This document shows, piece after piece, positions 8,724 to 17,391 of a DNA stretch of 35,359 nt. Position 1 is the first letter of the stretch; each line of letters opens with the position of its first letter. Made by a program: the position numbers and the translations under genes. The stretch is from a virus (lineage: Duplodnaviria > Heunggongvirae > Uroviricota > Caudoviricetes): IMG/VR virus record IMGVR_UViG_2545824719_000022, positions 1 to 35,359 of that record, one strand, 5' to 3'. A model generated the notes under the pieces. It was not told the DNA's origin. It saw only the letters and a list, made by a program, of their open reading frames with translations, and made no database searches.

Positions 8724-9590
8724 CTATTCCTCAAGATCGCAGTTACTGCAATGACCTTCCATCCGGAATGCACCACATTCACAAGGCTCCATAGGAACAA
8801 AACCATCCATCTTGCTGTATTCACATTTATACCAGAGACAGACACCGACCCTTTGTTCCGGTAAATAAATTACGGATGGGACACTACATTCAGGACATTC
8901 CTGAAAATCCCAAGTTTGCAGATTATTCAGGCTGAAACCACAACAGATACAGTGAGTCCGTGCCGGAAAGCTTTCACTTTGGTAAAGGATAAAATGTGAA
9001 AAACTCTCACAAACGGGACAAAGTGCAAGGGTGTATTCCTGGTTAACAGTTATATCAAGGAATTGTTGCTCAAGAGCGATGATGTCTTGACGTAAATCAG
9101 AGTTCCATGAATTTTCGGTCTCATCTGACTGAATTATGACGAATGCGGGACGAAAAATTTGTTGGTACAGTTCACTCAGTTGCATTGCCAGTTCTTGCGG
9201 ACGAACCTCAAGGGCAAAATGCTGAAGGTTATTACGCAACTGACCCACCGTTTTCATCATTTGTAATGCAGATTCAGAAAATTCGGCTGGGTAATATGTC
9301 TTTAACAGCTTACAAAGCTGGTTGACGTTGACAGATTTACACTGGTGTAATTCTGACTCGGTTGGATGCGCCGGATCCACACATTTTTCTTGAAGCGATG
9401 CTGGATTAAAAATCGCTCCAGACCCATTGCGCGAAACTACGGCCTTCAACAATAGCTCAGCGGCCTGAAAGAGGTTAAGCAGGCACTGTTTGTAGTCACG
9501 TCGATCATGCCCTTCTAGCGCTTTGTTAAAGTAGTCCAGCCCGGTTTCCACTGAATCCAACGCATTTTCTAGTAAGTTAAAACGGACCAT
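8724..9590 (-). CDS. Cargo protein: HEPN-like N-terminal domain (Rx4H motif RNNLQH) plus C-terminal cysteine-rich multi-zinc-ribbon region; candidate defence/abortive-infection effector
   Basis: 288-aa ORF with ATG start in an AT-rich insert. N-terminal 130 aa are helical-looking, with R119-x4-H124. C-terminal 100 aa carry CPVC, HCICC, CPEC, CLWYKC, CEC and CSNC motifs. No P2 backbone counterpart. Confidence 0.55.
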   Translation of the reverse strand: MVRFNLLENALDSVETGLDYFNKALEGHDRRDYKQCLLNLFQAAELLLKAVVSRNGSGAIFNPASLQEKCVDPAHPTESELHQCKSVNVNQLCKLLKTYYPAEFSESALQMMKTVGQLRNNLQHFALEVRPQELAMQLSELYQQIFRPAFVIIQSDETENSWNSDLRQDIIALEQQFLDITVNQEYTLALCPVCESFSHFILYQSESFPARTHCICCGFSLNNLQTWDFQECPECSVPSVIYLPEQRVGVCLWYKCEYSKMDGFVPMEPCECGAFRMEGHCSNCDLEE

Positions 9591-9753
9591 ATTAAAGCCC
9601 CCCGAATAGGCATCGTCGTTATGCCAGCGCTTCCGCCAGTTACACAGATAGTGATTGTACCCACGAATATTGGGAACCTATTTTAGCATGTTTAACTTTA
9701 GTAGTACTGACACAACATTCATGGAGCGGACTGATTGACTTTTGGGGCGTGTA

Positions 9754-9782
9754 TTTACAAACTCACTACAATGCTGTATAAT
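9754..9782 (+). promoter_or_regulatory. Near-consensus sigma70 promoter TTTACA-N17-TATAAT reading + (opposite to flanking genes)
   Basis: TTTACA at 9754-9759, a 17-bp spacer, then perfect TATAAT at 9777-9782; lies about 140 bp upstream of the small ORF at 9921. Confidence 0.5.
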
Positions 9783-9920
9783 TCGTGAAGAGTGAATTTA
9801 GCTAGTGCATCCATAGGTTCGATTCCTATGCCTACAATTCTCATCACAGCTCTCCCAATAGTCGCATTTATCCGTTACCTCAACGTGTTACTTAACGATT
9901 ACGTCAGTAAGGAGAAGCCT

Positions 9921-10097
9921 ATGAGTAAATTATTCCGCCATGTAGTACTACTATATGTATCTTGTTTCATTGAAACTTTTTGGGCTGGGGTGATAAGTGT
10001 AGTAGCGGGTCTGATGACGGGCGGTGTCCAAATTATTTTGGCACTAGCTAAATCTTCTCAATTTTTGTTTTTTTATTCAAAGCACTTACCCCCATAA
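9921..10097 (+). CDS. Small hydrophobic protein (58 aa), probable membrane peptide
   Basis: ATG preceded by a strong SD AAGGAG with 6-nt spacing. Product MSKLFRHVVLLYVSCFIETFWAGVISVVAGLMTGGVQIILALAKSSQFLFFYSKHLPP is largely hydrophobic (1-2 predicted TM helices). The track's longer 101-aa version starts at GTG 9792, right at the predicted transcription start. Confidence 0.45.
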   Translation: MSKLFRHVVLLYVSCFIETFWAGVISVVAGLMTGGVQIILALAKSSQFLFFYSKHLPP

Positions 10098-10374
10098 ATA
10101 TTATTTAAATCAATAAACTAAGTCACTCTACGCATATTTTCCTTATCATGGTCTTTCGTGTTTTTTGTACTCAACATGATCGTTTCTCCTTTCTTTAATA
10201 CACAGTATGATTAGCTACGCCTTCTGTTGGAGCGAAGTGGACGAGTTAATTGAGCTGAATGTCAGCTATGAGCGAGGAACGGACTTCAAGAAAGTACCTA
10301 ACTGCGTATCGATTGCAAAATATGACAGTCTAACGGTGTTAAGGGCCATGAGTGCAGCCCTTAAGAAAAAAGTA

Positions 10375-11310
10375 TTAATAATATTTCCTGGCTTGCGCGC
10401 TCGTTTCGGTTAAGTTTATTTCATGGTAGTGATTATTTATAAAGTCACAAAAAGTACTAATTTTATCTTTGAGATTACTCATGCTATGCGTGATTTCGTC
10501 GTATAAATCGCTTTCCTCCTGATTTCGACAGTGGTCACCGGGATTTATAAAACTAAAAGTATCATTTGGTGCTGAATAATTATATGGAGCTTTTCTAAAC
10601 AAGATAATTAGATCACGCCAGGCCGTTGCAAAATCAATTGTAACATTCTTTAAAGCTGTATCATTCAGTTGAAAAACAGGTGAGTTTAAAATGTTCAAAA
10701 TATTATCGTATTCTTCAATAATTAATGAATGAATGTATTTTGCGCCCCACTGCAAATGTTCTATTGTTGAATGAAAATCAATAACATTCAACAATGTCGA
10801 CAAATTTGAGATATCTCTCTTGCGCAAAAATTCTTCCCTCGTCGGTTGGTGTCGTTCGAACATTTGCGGGTAGTACATTTTGAGTACAGCTGGGTCTTTG
10901 CTTAAATCAAAGCTAATATCCTCCCAGAAAACCACATCGACAGGAAACAGGCCTTTTAATTGTCTGGCATCATTGAGTGTTCTTACATAGCGCTGAATGC
11001 TAACATCCCTGGGCGCTGTCGTAGCGATGTAAAGAACCGTAATTTTTGGGCGAAATTTTTCAGCCTTGAGTAATTCATCATCGATTGTCGCCGTACTGAT
11101 TCCTGATACTGTATTTTTACACTGAATTCCAACGAAACGCCCAAGAGAGTAATCACCATATACATCAACTCCATCCTGCCGCTGCCCTGACCGTCCATGT
11201 CTGTTCAGATTAGGATTGGACCATCGCAGTTGGAATGAACTTTTGCACATATCCTCAAATTCGTCCCAAGATTTAGGGGGGGGTAACAACATTGAATTAT
11301 ATGTAACCAC
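10375..11310 (-). CDS. Cargo protein: Mrr-like PD-(D/E)xK restriction-endonuclease-fold N-terminal domain plus uncharacterised C-terminal domain; candidate defence nuclease
   Basis: 311-aa ORF with GTG start 7 nt after SD AAGGA (alternative ATG at 11292). N-terminus shows W..FE..C....F, then DGVDVYG, then GIQCK, then hydrophobic beta-strand-like segments (ITVLYIATT, VDVVFWEDIS): the typical Mrr catalytic-domain layout. AT-rich. Confidence 0.6.
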   Translation of the reverse strand: MVTYNSMLLPPPKSWDEFEDMCKSSFQLRWSNPNLNRHGRSGQRQDGVDVYGDYSLGRFVGIQCKNTVSGISTATIDDELLKAEKFRPKITVLYIATTAPRDVSIQRYVRTLNDARQLKGLFPVDVVFWEDISFDLSKDPAVLKMYYPQMFERHQPTREEFLRKRDISNLSTLLNVIDFHSTIEHLQWGAKYIHSLIIEEYDNILNILNSPVFQLNDTALKNVTIDFATAWRDLIILFRKAPYNYSAPNDTFSFINPGDHCRNQEESDLYDEITHSMSNLKDKISTFCDFINNHYHEINLTETSAQARKYY

Positions 11311-11785
11311 TTACTAATCCTTTATCTAAGATTCTTCATTTTTGTAATCACTATCATAATCATGCTTGATGTGCAATATCTTATTTGCCATGGTTATATG
11401 ACGTGAACATAATATATGCTGTAAGTATAAGCAGAATTTATTAATGGTGTTCGCCACTCAACGTAATGGTTTCACACTCTAAGGCTCTTTTTTAATAAAT
11501 CAAAACATTATGGACAGTGAATCATATCGGAAATGGTTCCTTTTAAATTGAATAACGGCCATAGTACACAGGTGTATGTGTTAATCGATTTTTCAGACGT
11601 TTTTTTCGCCTAACATGAGATTTCGTTCGATTAAGCACCAGACCCAATTACCACTATTTAATGAGTACAATTGCTTTACTTTAGGTCGAGTAGTAGTAAC
11701 GTCCGCTCTTGGCACAGAGCGGACTGTCAGATTAGGCTTTACTCTGTGCCATAGATATGTAATCTCACACCAGAGCTTATACAAC

Positions 11786-12313
11786 TTATTGCGGCATTTC
11801 CGGCCATTCAGGATTTGCAGGATCCACACGGCTGACCAGAACACTGTAGCGTTCCCATGCTTCCAGTCGGCTACGCTCCTCATCTGTTGCCATGTTCAGC
11901 CTGACAGCGCGCTCCAGTGGCAAAATCACGGATTCAGCATCTGCAAGAAGTCTGGCTTTCCGGTTTTCTGCCTGCTGCTGCAATTCCTCTGCCGTATAAA
12001 TGCGTTTAATCACTTTGCCGTCCTTAAACATCCAGTTCCCTGAAATGTCCGCCCGTCGGTTAGCAGTAATATCCGCCACTTCAACCACACTTAATCCATC
12101 TGGTCTGATAGCTGTCACATCCTTTTCCACATAGCGGATAATATTATCTTTGTCGTACGCTATTTTTATCGTGTCATCAGCAAAATACTTTTGTTCTTCG
12201 TACCAGTTCTTACCATCTTCTGAAAAAAACCAGACAACATCAAAGTCCTTTGTCAATTGATATTGTTCAACCGTTTTTGGATTACCCACCGTTATATTTA
12301 TCAAATGCTGCAT
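11786..12313 (-). CDS. G: Tail fibre assembly protein gpG
   Basis: 175-aa ORF with ATG start directly downstream of H; P2 G/Tfa-like sequence. Confidence 0.85.
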   Translation of the reverse strand: MQHLINITVGNPKTVEQYQLTKDFDVVWFFSEDGKNWYEEQKYFADDTIKIAYDKDNIIRYVEKDVTAIRPDGLSVVEVADITANRRADISGNWMFKDGKVIKRIYTAEELQQQAENRKARLLADAESVILPLERAVRLNMATDEERSRLEAWERYSVLVSRVDPANPEWPEMPQ

Positions 12314-12316
12314 AAA

Positions 12317-14899
12317 TTATACCTGCGCCACGTTATACCATGTCCCGTTAATGTATTTCTGCACCGGTCTGTAATATATGCCACCAATGTTATCGGCAGA
12401 GTTTGAGCCGGTATCCTGAACAATAATGCCGGAATATACACACCCGGACGGTGCCTGATGTGTCCATGTCATGCCATTGTTCGCAGGTTTGTATGTGGCA
12501 GCACCACCAAGCCGGATATCCCGGACATAGCGTGAATCAAAGTTGCCATAGTTAGATGGTGATACCTGCCCGTTAACAGCAAAAGTGATGCTGTTATCTG
12601 TATTTCTCTGACTGTAAAAATGCCAGCCTGCATCATCACCTAATTCAGCCACCACCGGACGACTTGAGTTTCCCCACAAATTGAATGCGGCTTCCTTCGT
12701 GGATGTATTACTGCTGCTGACCGTGAATTTTTTCCCGCTACCGGCACGTACTTTGGTACTTGAGACAATATCACCAGTAACATTCAGGCCATGCCCCATT
12801 GATACAGCACCCGTGGCATCATTTATAATCAGCGGTCTTAAATTATTATAACTGCCTAATCTGTCACCTGATTTAGTCAACATAAAATAAGTGCTGCTGC
12901 CATCATTCCTGATAAAGAAACCATAATTGCCATAAGCAATGCGCAGACCATTAGCACTGAGTGATGTAATCTCACCTCTTGAACGGAGACCATAAGCGGA
13001 GCTGAGTGATAATTCTTCCTGAGCATCAGTATTACCAGTCGCCCAGCGAACTACCCCGCCCTGTACTGTTTCATGCCAGATAGTGTCTCCTTCTCCACCA
13101 CGAAACTTTCTGAGATATTTTTTGCCGCCTCTGGTGCCTGAACATAAGGCCGTAGACATATAGGCATTCTGGCTTCCGCCATCCTGATTAATCGTTCCGG
13201 TCATTGCGTCGCCCTGACGATTCCAGTCACGACGCCAGCCGGGGGAGTAGCCGTCCCCATGATTTATGTAAGTGAATTGCGCGCTGGTTGTACCGCCACC
13301 ACTTGATGTTGTCGGCGTGGTCACTCGAATAGTGATTGCAGATTTAGTTCCCATGACCTCGACGACACAACCAGCCAGGTGGATATCACCACATCCGGTA
13401 TCCGTAATGATTTTGTTATTTGCATATGACCAGGAGCCTTTGCACATCCAGTACGGATGATTAAATGCACCACGGGAATCCAGCCATTCAATAAACTGAG
13501 CGGTTGTCCAGTTTCCGGCTTCAGTGCTCAAAGCGCCGCTATAAGCACGACAGGCACCGATATTTTTCGTGAAGGTATCCTTTCCCGGAATATCCGCACC
13601 GTTCTGATCTTTCTGAAGACGTTTTTCAGCATTGTCATAGGCAGACTTCACCGCTTTTGATGTTGCAGCCAGCGTTTCAGAATCGCTGTTGGTGGCGCTA
13701 CTGAGCTGGACAAGACCTTTCCGCGCCGTGGTGGCGTCCTGTGCAGTGTATTTCCCGTTAGCAAGGTCATACGCTGTCTTAACCGCCTTTGGCGTTGCCG
13801 CAAGCGTTTCAGAATCGCTGTTGGTGGCGCTACTGAGCTGGACAAGACCTTTTCGCGCTGTGGTGGCATCCTGTGCAGTGTATTTCCCGTTAGCAAGGTC
13901 ATACGCTGTCTTAACCGCCTTTGGCGTTGCCGCAAGCGTTTCAGAATCGCTGTTGGTGGCGCTACTGAGCTGGACAAGACCTTTTCGCGCTGTGGTGGCA
14001 TCCTGTGCAGTGTATTTCCCGTTAGCAAGGTCATACGCTGTCTTAACCGCCTTTGGCGTTGCCGCAAGCGTTTCAGAATCGCTGTTGGTGACGCTACTGA
14101 GCTGGACAAGACCTTTTCGCGCGGTGGTGGCATCCTGTGCGGTATATTTCCCGTTAGCAAGGTCATATGCTGCCTTTACCGCTTTTGGTGTTGCGGCGAG
14201 CGTTTCAGACGTGCTGTTGGTGGCACTACTGAGCTGGACAAGGCCTTTTCGCGCTATGGTGGCGTCCTGTGCGGTATATTTCCCGTTAGCAAGGTCATAC
14301 GCGGCCTTTACCGCTTTCGGCGTTGCGGCCAGTGTTTCAGACGTGCTGTTGGTCGCACTGCTTAACTGAGTAAAACCTTTTGCGGTCAGCGAGGCGTCAG
14401 GGTGACGTCGTGACTGTTCATGTTCTGCAATTTTGTCATCAACGTAATCCTGCGTTGCCATCACCGTTGTGGTGTCAATGGTCAGCTCCACTGAGGCCAC
14501 ACTGCTGACGATGATGACCATGCGGCAGGTCTGCGAACGCCCTGAGCCTTCGGCAAGGGCTGGCTTATAACTTTCGGCCATGTTCGCCACGGCAATTAGC
14601 GTTCCCGCATCATCGTACAGGCCAAGTTCACGCATCCAGAAACCGCCCACCTCCGGCGGAATAACCAGCTCTGCGATAATATAATTACTGTTTCGTTTGT
14701 CCTGGCTGATTTTGTTCAGCGCATGTCGCCAGACTTCGTGGATAAGCCCGGTCTGTCCGGCATCCGGGACAGGCAATTTACCCCCGCCATCCCCGACGGC
14801 CATCGTGGTAATATTGACCTTCCGCCCTCCCGGTGCGGTTGCCGCTGCCAGCTTTGCTGCACCGGCAGTGGTGATAACGGTTCTGAATTTTGTGCTCAT
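12317..14899 (-). CDS. H: Tail fibre protein gpH (receptor-binding), with internal tandem repeats
   Basis: 860-aa ORF with ATG start; conserved P2 H-like N-terminus (MSTKFRTVITTAGAAKLAAATAPGG...), about 5.5 copies of a 44-aa repeat, and a distal receptor-binding-type region. Confidence 0.9.
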   Translation of the reverse strand: MSTKFRTVITTAGAAKLAAATAPGGRKVNITTMAVGDGGGKLPVPDAGQTGLIHEVWRHALNKISQDKRNSNYIIAELVIPPEVGGFWMRELGLYDDAGTLIAVANMAESYKPALAEGSGRSQTCRMVIIVSSVASVELTIDTTTVMATQDYVDDKIAEHEQSRRHPDASLTAKGFTQLSSATNSTSETLAATPKAVKAAYDLANGKYTAQDATIARKGLVQLSSATNSTSETLAATPKAVKAAYDLANGKYTAQDATTARKGLVQLSSVTNSDSETLAATPKAVKTAYDLANGKYTAQDATTARKGLVQLSSATNSDSETLAATPKAVKTAYDLANGKYTAQDATTARKGLVQLSSATNSDSETLAATPKAVKTAYDLANGKYTAQDATTARKGLVQLSSATNSDSETLAATSKAVKSAYDNAEKRLQKDQNGADIPGKDTFTKNIGACRAYSGALSTEAGNWTTAQFIEWLDSRGAFNHPYWMCKGSWSYANNKIITDTGCGDIHLAGCVVEVMGTKSAITIRVTTPTTSSGGGTTSAQFTYINHGDGYSPGWRRDWNRQGDAMTGTINQDGGSQNAYMSTALCSGTRGGKKYLRKFRGGEGDTIWHETVQGGVVRWATGNTDAQEELSLSSAYGLRSRGEITSLSANGLRIAYGNYGFFIRNDGSSTYFMLTKSGDRLGSYNNLRPLIINDATGAVSMGHGLNVTGDIVSSTKVRAGSGKKFTVSSSNTSTKEAAFNLWGNSSRPVVAELGDDAGWHFYSQRNTDNSITFAVNGQVSPSNYGNFDSRYVRDIRLGGAATYKPANNGMTWTHQAPSGCVYSGIIVQDTGSNSADNIGGIYYRPVQKYINGTWYNVAQV
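13620..14390. repeat. About 5.5 near-identical tandem copies of a 132-bp unit inside H (phage tail fibre repeat)
   Basis: Period measured directly: the GCGTTTCAG motif recurs at 13672, 13804 and 13936 (132 bp apart). Protein unit is GLVQLSSATNS(D/T)SETLAATPKAVK(A/T)AYDLANGKYTAQDATTARK. Boundaries approximate. Confidence 0.85.
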
Positions 14900-14909
14900 T
14901 ATTCCTCAC

Positions 14910-15440
14910 TTATCCGGGGTAAACCGTAATTACATCGCCGTCGTAAGCCACACCACCGGCGAACAGGTAGCCGGGAATGTCCCGGGTAATGTTCAGGCCA
15001 ATAAGGTGGCGGCTTGCAGGTTTGGCATCAGCAATCAGCCGTTCCATTTCCTGATACATTGCCTCTGTGATGCCACTTTCCAGTACACCAATATCAAGCC
15101 GGAAGGTGCCGGGCGGGTCACTGTTTTCCCACCACTCCGTCACGTTGATGAGATAGCCGAGCGGCTCCACCACACGCCGGATTGCACCTATAGTGCCTTT
15201 ATGACAGTGGATGAAATACGCATCGCGGATAACGGCGCGTTTTGTCGCTTCCGGCCACTTCTCATCCCACCTGTCGACCGAAAACGCCCACGCCAGCCAC
15301 GGCAGCAAATTTGCCGGACAGGTATCCGGGTTCCACAGCTCACGAATACTGACCGGCGTTTTTTCAATTTCCGCACAGGCTTTTGCGGCGGCGACCTCAA
15401 GCGGTGATGAGCCGGTCGGCAGCAGTCGCGAATCACTCAT
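14910..15440 (-). CDS. I: Baseplate assembly protein gpI
   Basis: 176-aa ORF with ATG start; P2 I-like; overlaps J by 8 nt. Confidence 0.85.
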   Translation of the reverse strand: MSDSRLLPTGSSPLEVAAAKACAEIEKTPVSIRELWNPDTCPANLLPWLAWAFSVDRWDEKWPEATKRAVIRDAYFIHCHKGTIGAIRRVVEPLGYLINVTEWWENSDPPGTFRLDIGVLESGITEAMYQEMERLIADAKPASRHLIGLNITRDIPGYLFAGGVAYDGDVITVYPG

Positions 15441-16341
15441 CCGAGCCTCCGGTCACGACGCGGTATTCGGTACAGAAAGACGCCTGCGTACTGTTGAGCA
15501 CGATGTCGGCCAGTGGTGCAGCCAGTTCGACACGCTGCACGCCTTCCACATGCAAAGCGGCATAAATGGCAGACAGACGGATGTCGCGCCCCAGCCGGTG
15601 CTGTGCCGTGATGTATGCTTCCAGTTTTTTCACGGCGGCAGCGCGGATGGGTTCGCTTTCGGGACCAGGGTAAAGGTAAAGCGTGGCGTTTATCTGGTAT
15701 TCAACGATGGCGGCAGACTGCACGGTCACGCGGTCGGCCACCGGCCTGACGTCCTCGCCATTAAGGGCGTTACGCACCGCCGCCAGCAGATCTTCGGATG
15801 CCACACCGTTATTTTCACGTGACAGCACGGAGATGGTGACGCAGGCCGGAGACGGACTGGTTACAGAGATATCCGCGACACGCCCGTCGGCACTGCGACC
15901 ATGATACTGATAGGCTCCCACCGACCCGGCGACGCTTAAGCCCTCAAACGCCTGCTGAATACGCAGACGATAATCGGTGTCAGATTCCATCACTGCCGGT
16001 GTCGGCGGAATGGTCGAATCATCTGCCGGGGTGATAGTCAGGCGCGTGGTGTTGTAATTGGCACCAATCACATCAAGGTCATTACCGGCGGCACAGGCCA
16101 GCATCACCGCCCGTGCGGCCTCATTCACACGCTGACGCCAGATAAGCTCACGATAAGCATTTTCCTCCAGCAGTTTGGCGAGAGGCTCAGATTCCAGCGT
16201 CAGGGTACGGGCGACCGCCTCCTGCTGGTCTTCCGGGTAAAGGGAAATCAGTGTCGCCTTGCGTTCGGCAAGAATGGTTTCAAAGTCCAGCTCCTCGACC
16301 ACATCCGGTGCAGGTAGCTGGTTCAGGTCGATAATCGGCAT
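15433..16341 (-). CDS. J: Baseplate protein gpJ
   Basis: 302-aa ORF with ATG start; P2 J-like; synteny W-J-I. Confidence 0.88.
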   Translation of the reverse strand: MPIIDLNQLPAPDVVEELDFETILAERKATLISLYPEDQQEAVARTLTLESEPLAKLLEENAYRELIWRQRVNEAARAVMLACAAGNDLDVIGANYNTTRLTITPADDSTIPPTPAVMESDTDYRLRIQQAFEGLSVAGSVGAYQYHGRSADGRVADISVTSPSPACVTISVLSRENNGVASEDLLAAVRNALNGEDVRPVADRVTVQSAAIVEYQINATLYLYPGPESEPIRAAAVKKLEAYITAQHRLGRDIRLSAIYAALHVEGVQRVELAAPLADIVLNSTQASFCTEYRVVTGGSDE

Positions 16342-16345
16342 GGTT

Positions 16346-16693
16346 TCAACTCACAGGGATGGTTAACGAAAGTGGCTGGCCGGTGTCGTTGTGCTGGCCG
16401 GTTAACGTAACTGTCATTCGCCCGTCAAAACTGCGCTCAGTGGTGACGGATGACAGGGTGACGCGGGGTTCCCATTTCAGCACCGCCATGTAACAGGCGA
16501 CCTTAATCTGCAACTCAAGCGCCGGGGTCTGCGGCTGGTCAATCATTGACGCCAGCAACGAGCCGTAATCACGACGCATCACCCGTGAGCCGACCGGTGT
16601 GCGCAGGATATCGCCGATACTCTGGCTGATATGCTCAAGGTCAGTGACCGTCAGGCCATCACTGCGATTCATTCCGAGATAACGCGCTGTCAT
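16346..16693 (-). CDS. W: Baseplate wedge protein gpW
   Basis: 115-aa ORF with ATG start; P2 W-like; overlaps the V stop. Confidence 0.88.
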   Translation of the reverse strand: MTARYLGMNRSDGLTVTDLEHISQSIGDILRTPVGSRVMRRDYGSLLASMIDQPQTPALELQIKVACYMAVLKWEPRVTLSSVTTERSFDGRMTVTLTGQHNDTGQPLSLTIPVS

Positions 16694-17325
16694 AGAGGGC
16701 TCCCGGTTGTGCCGCCGCTGTCGCCGGGGTGTTTATGGGTATGCAGTACCTTACCGTTTGATGAGAGTTCACCGCCGGTGTGTTCAATGTTGCCGCGCAT
16801 CGTCCCGCCCTTCTGCACTTCCAGCGTGCCGGTAATCAGCCTGTTGGTGCAGACCACCTCCGGTGTGTCCAGGGTAACGCGGGTTGATGCTTTCACCATG
16901 ACCACCGGCACCGTGGCAGTAACAGAATCAGAAGCCGTCACGCTGGCCGTTTTAATTCCGCTTACCGTGAGTGCGCTGGTTTCGGGTTCATACTCAATCA
17001 CCGCCCCGTCAGGGAAACGGATATGCAGGGCATCCGCCGACGCAGACGGCGCGGGGTTATCGCCGGAATAAATCCCCGGCAGAACGAACGCCGTGTCAAG
17101 TTCACCGCCCACGGCCAGAATCAGCACCTGCTCCCCCACGGAAGGTGCCCACCATGTGCGCGAACGCCCGGCACGATGTGTCAGCCACTGAAGCCAGTCG
17201 GTGCACATGCCGCCGGTCTGCACACGGCAGCGACCGGCTTTAAGGTTGGTTTCGACGACAAGGCCGGTGCGGATCATGTTGCGCAGTGCGCGCGCGAGTT
17301 CCTGGATATTTGCGAGAGTGTTCAT
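16690..17325 (-). CDS. V: Baseplate spike protein gpV
   Basis: 211-aa ORF with ATG start; P2 V-like. Confidence 0.88.
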   Translation of the reverse strand: MNTLANIQELARALRNMIRTGLVVETNLKAGRCRVQTGGMCTDWLQWLTHRAGRSRTWWAPSVGEQVLILAVGGELDTAFVLPGIYSGDNPAPSASADALHIRFPDGAVIEYEPETSALTVSGIKTASVTASDSVTATVPVVMVKASTRVTLDTPEVVCTNRLITGTLEVQKGGTMRGNIEHTGGELSSNGKVLHTHKHPGDSGGTTGSPL

Positions 17326-17391
17326 AACGGGAAGGATGCCGCCGGGTCATACCGGCGGCAATGTAACGATGAGGTGTCGGGAATGGCACAA

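Noticed and set aside
8257-8864. Short plus-strand ORFs (74 and 77 aa) between FI and the HEPN-like gene
   Set aside because: No convincing SD or promoter, partial overlap with the minus-strand cargo gene, and nondescript composition; probably non-coding leader or promoter DNA for FI.
9792-10097. 101-aa version of the small plus-strand ORF starting at GTG 9792
   Set aside because: That start coincides with the predicted transcription start of the TTTACA-N17-TATAAT promoter and has no SD; the internal ATG at 9921 with AAGGAG is the more plausible start.
10207-10413. 68-aa plus-strand ORF overlapping the 3' end of the Mrr-like gene
   Set aside because: No SD, and it overlaps the convergent nuclease-like gene; more likely 3' UTR of the small-peptide transcript.
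13648-14369. Long ORFs on both strands (172 aa minus, 226 aa plus) with internally repetitive translations
   Set aside because: They lie entirely within the 132-bp tandem repeat region of H and are out-of-frame or antisense readings of the same repeat; the H frame is the real gene.
13620-14390. Possible CRISPR-like array (regularly spaced repeats)
   Set aside because: The repeats are contiguous 132-bp units with no spacers, sit in frame within a tail fibre gene, and there are no cas genes; this is a protein-coding tandem repeat.
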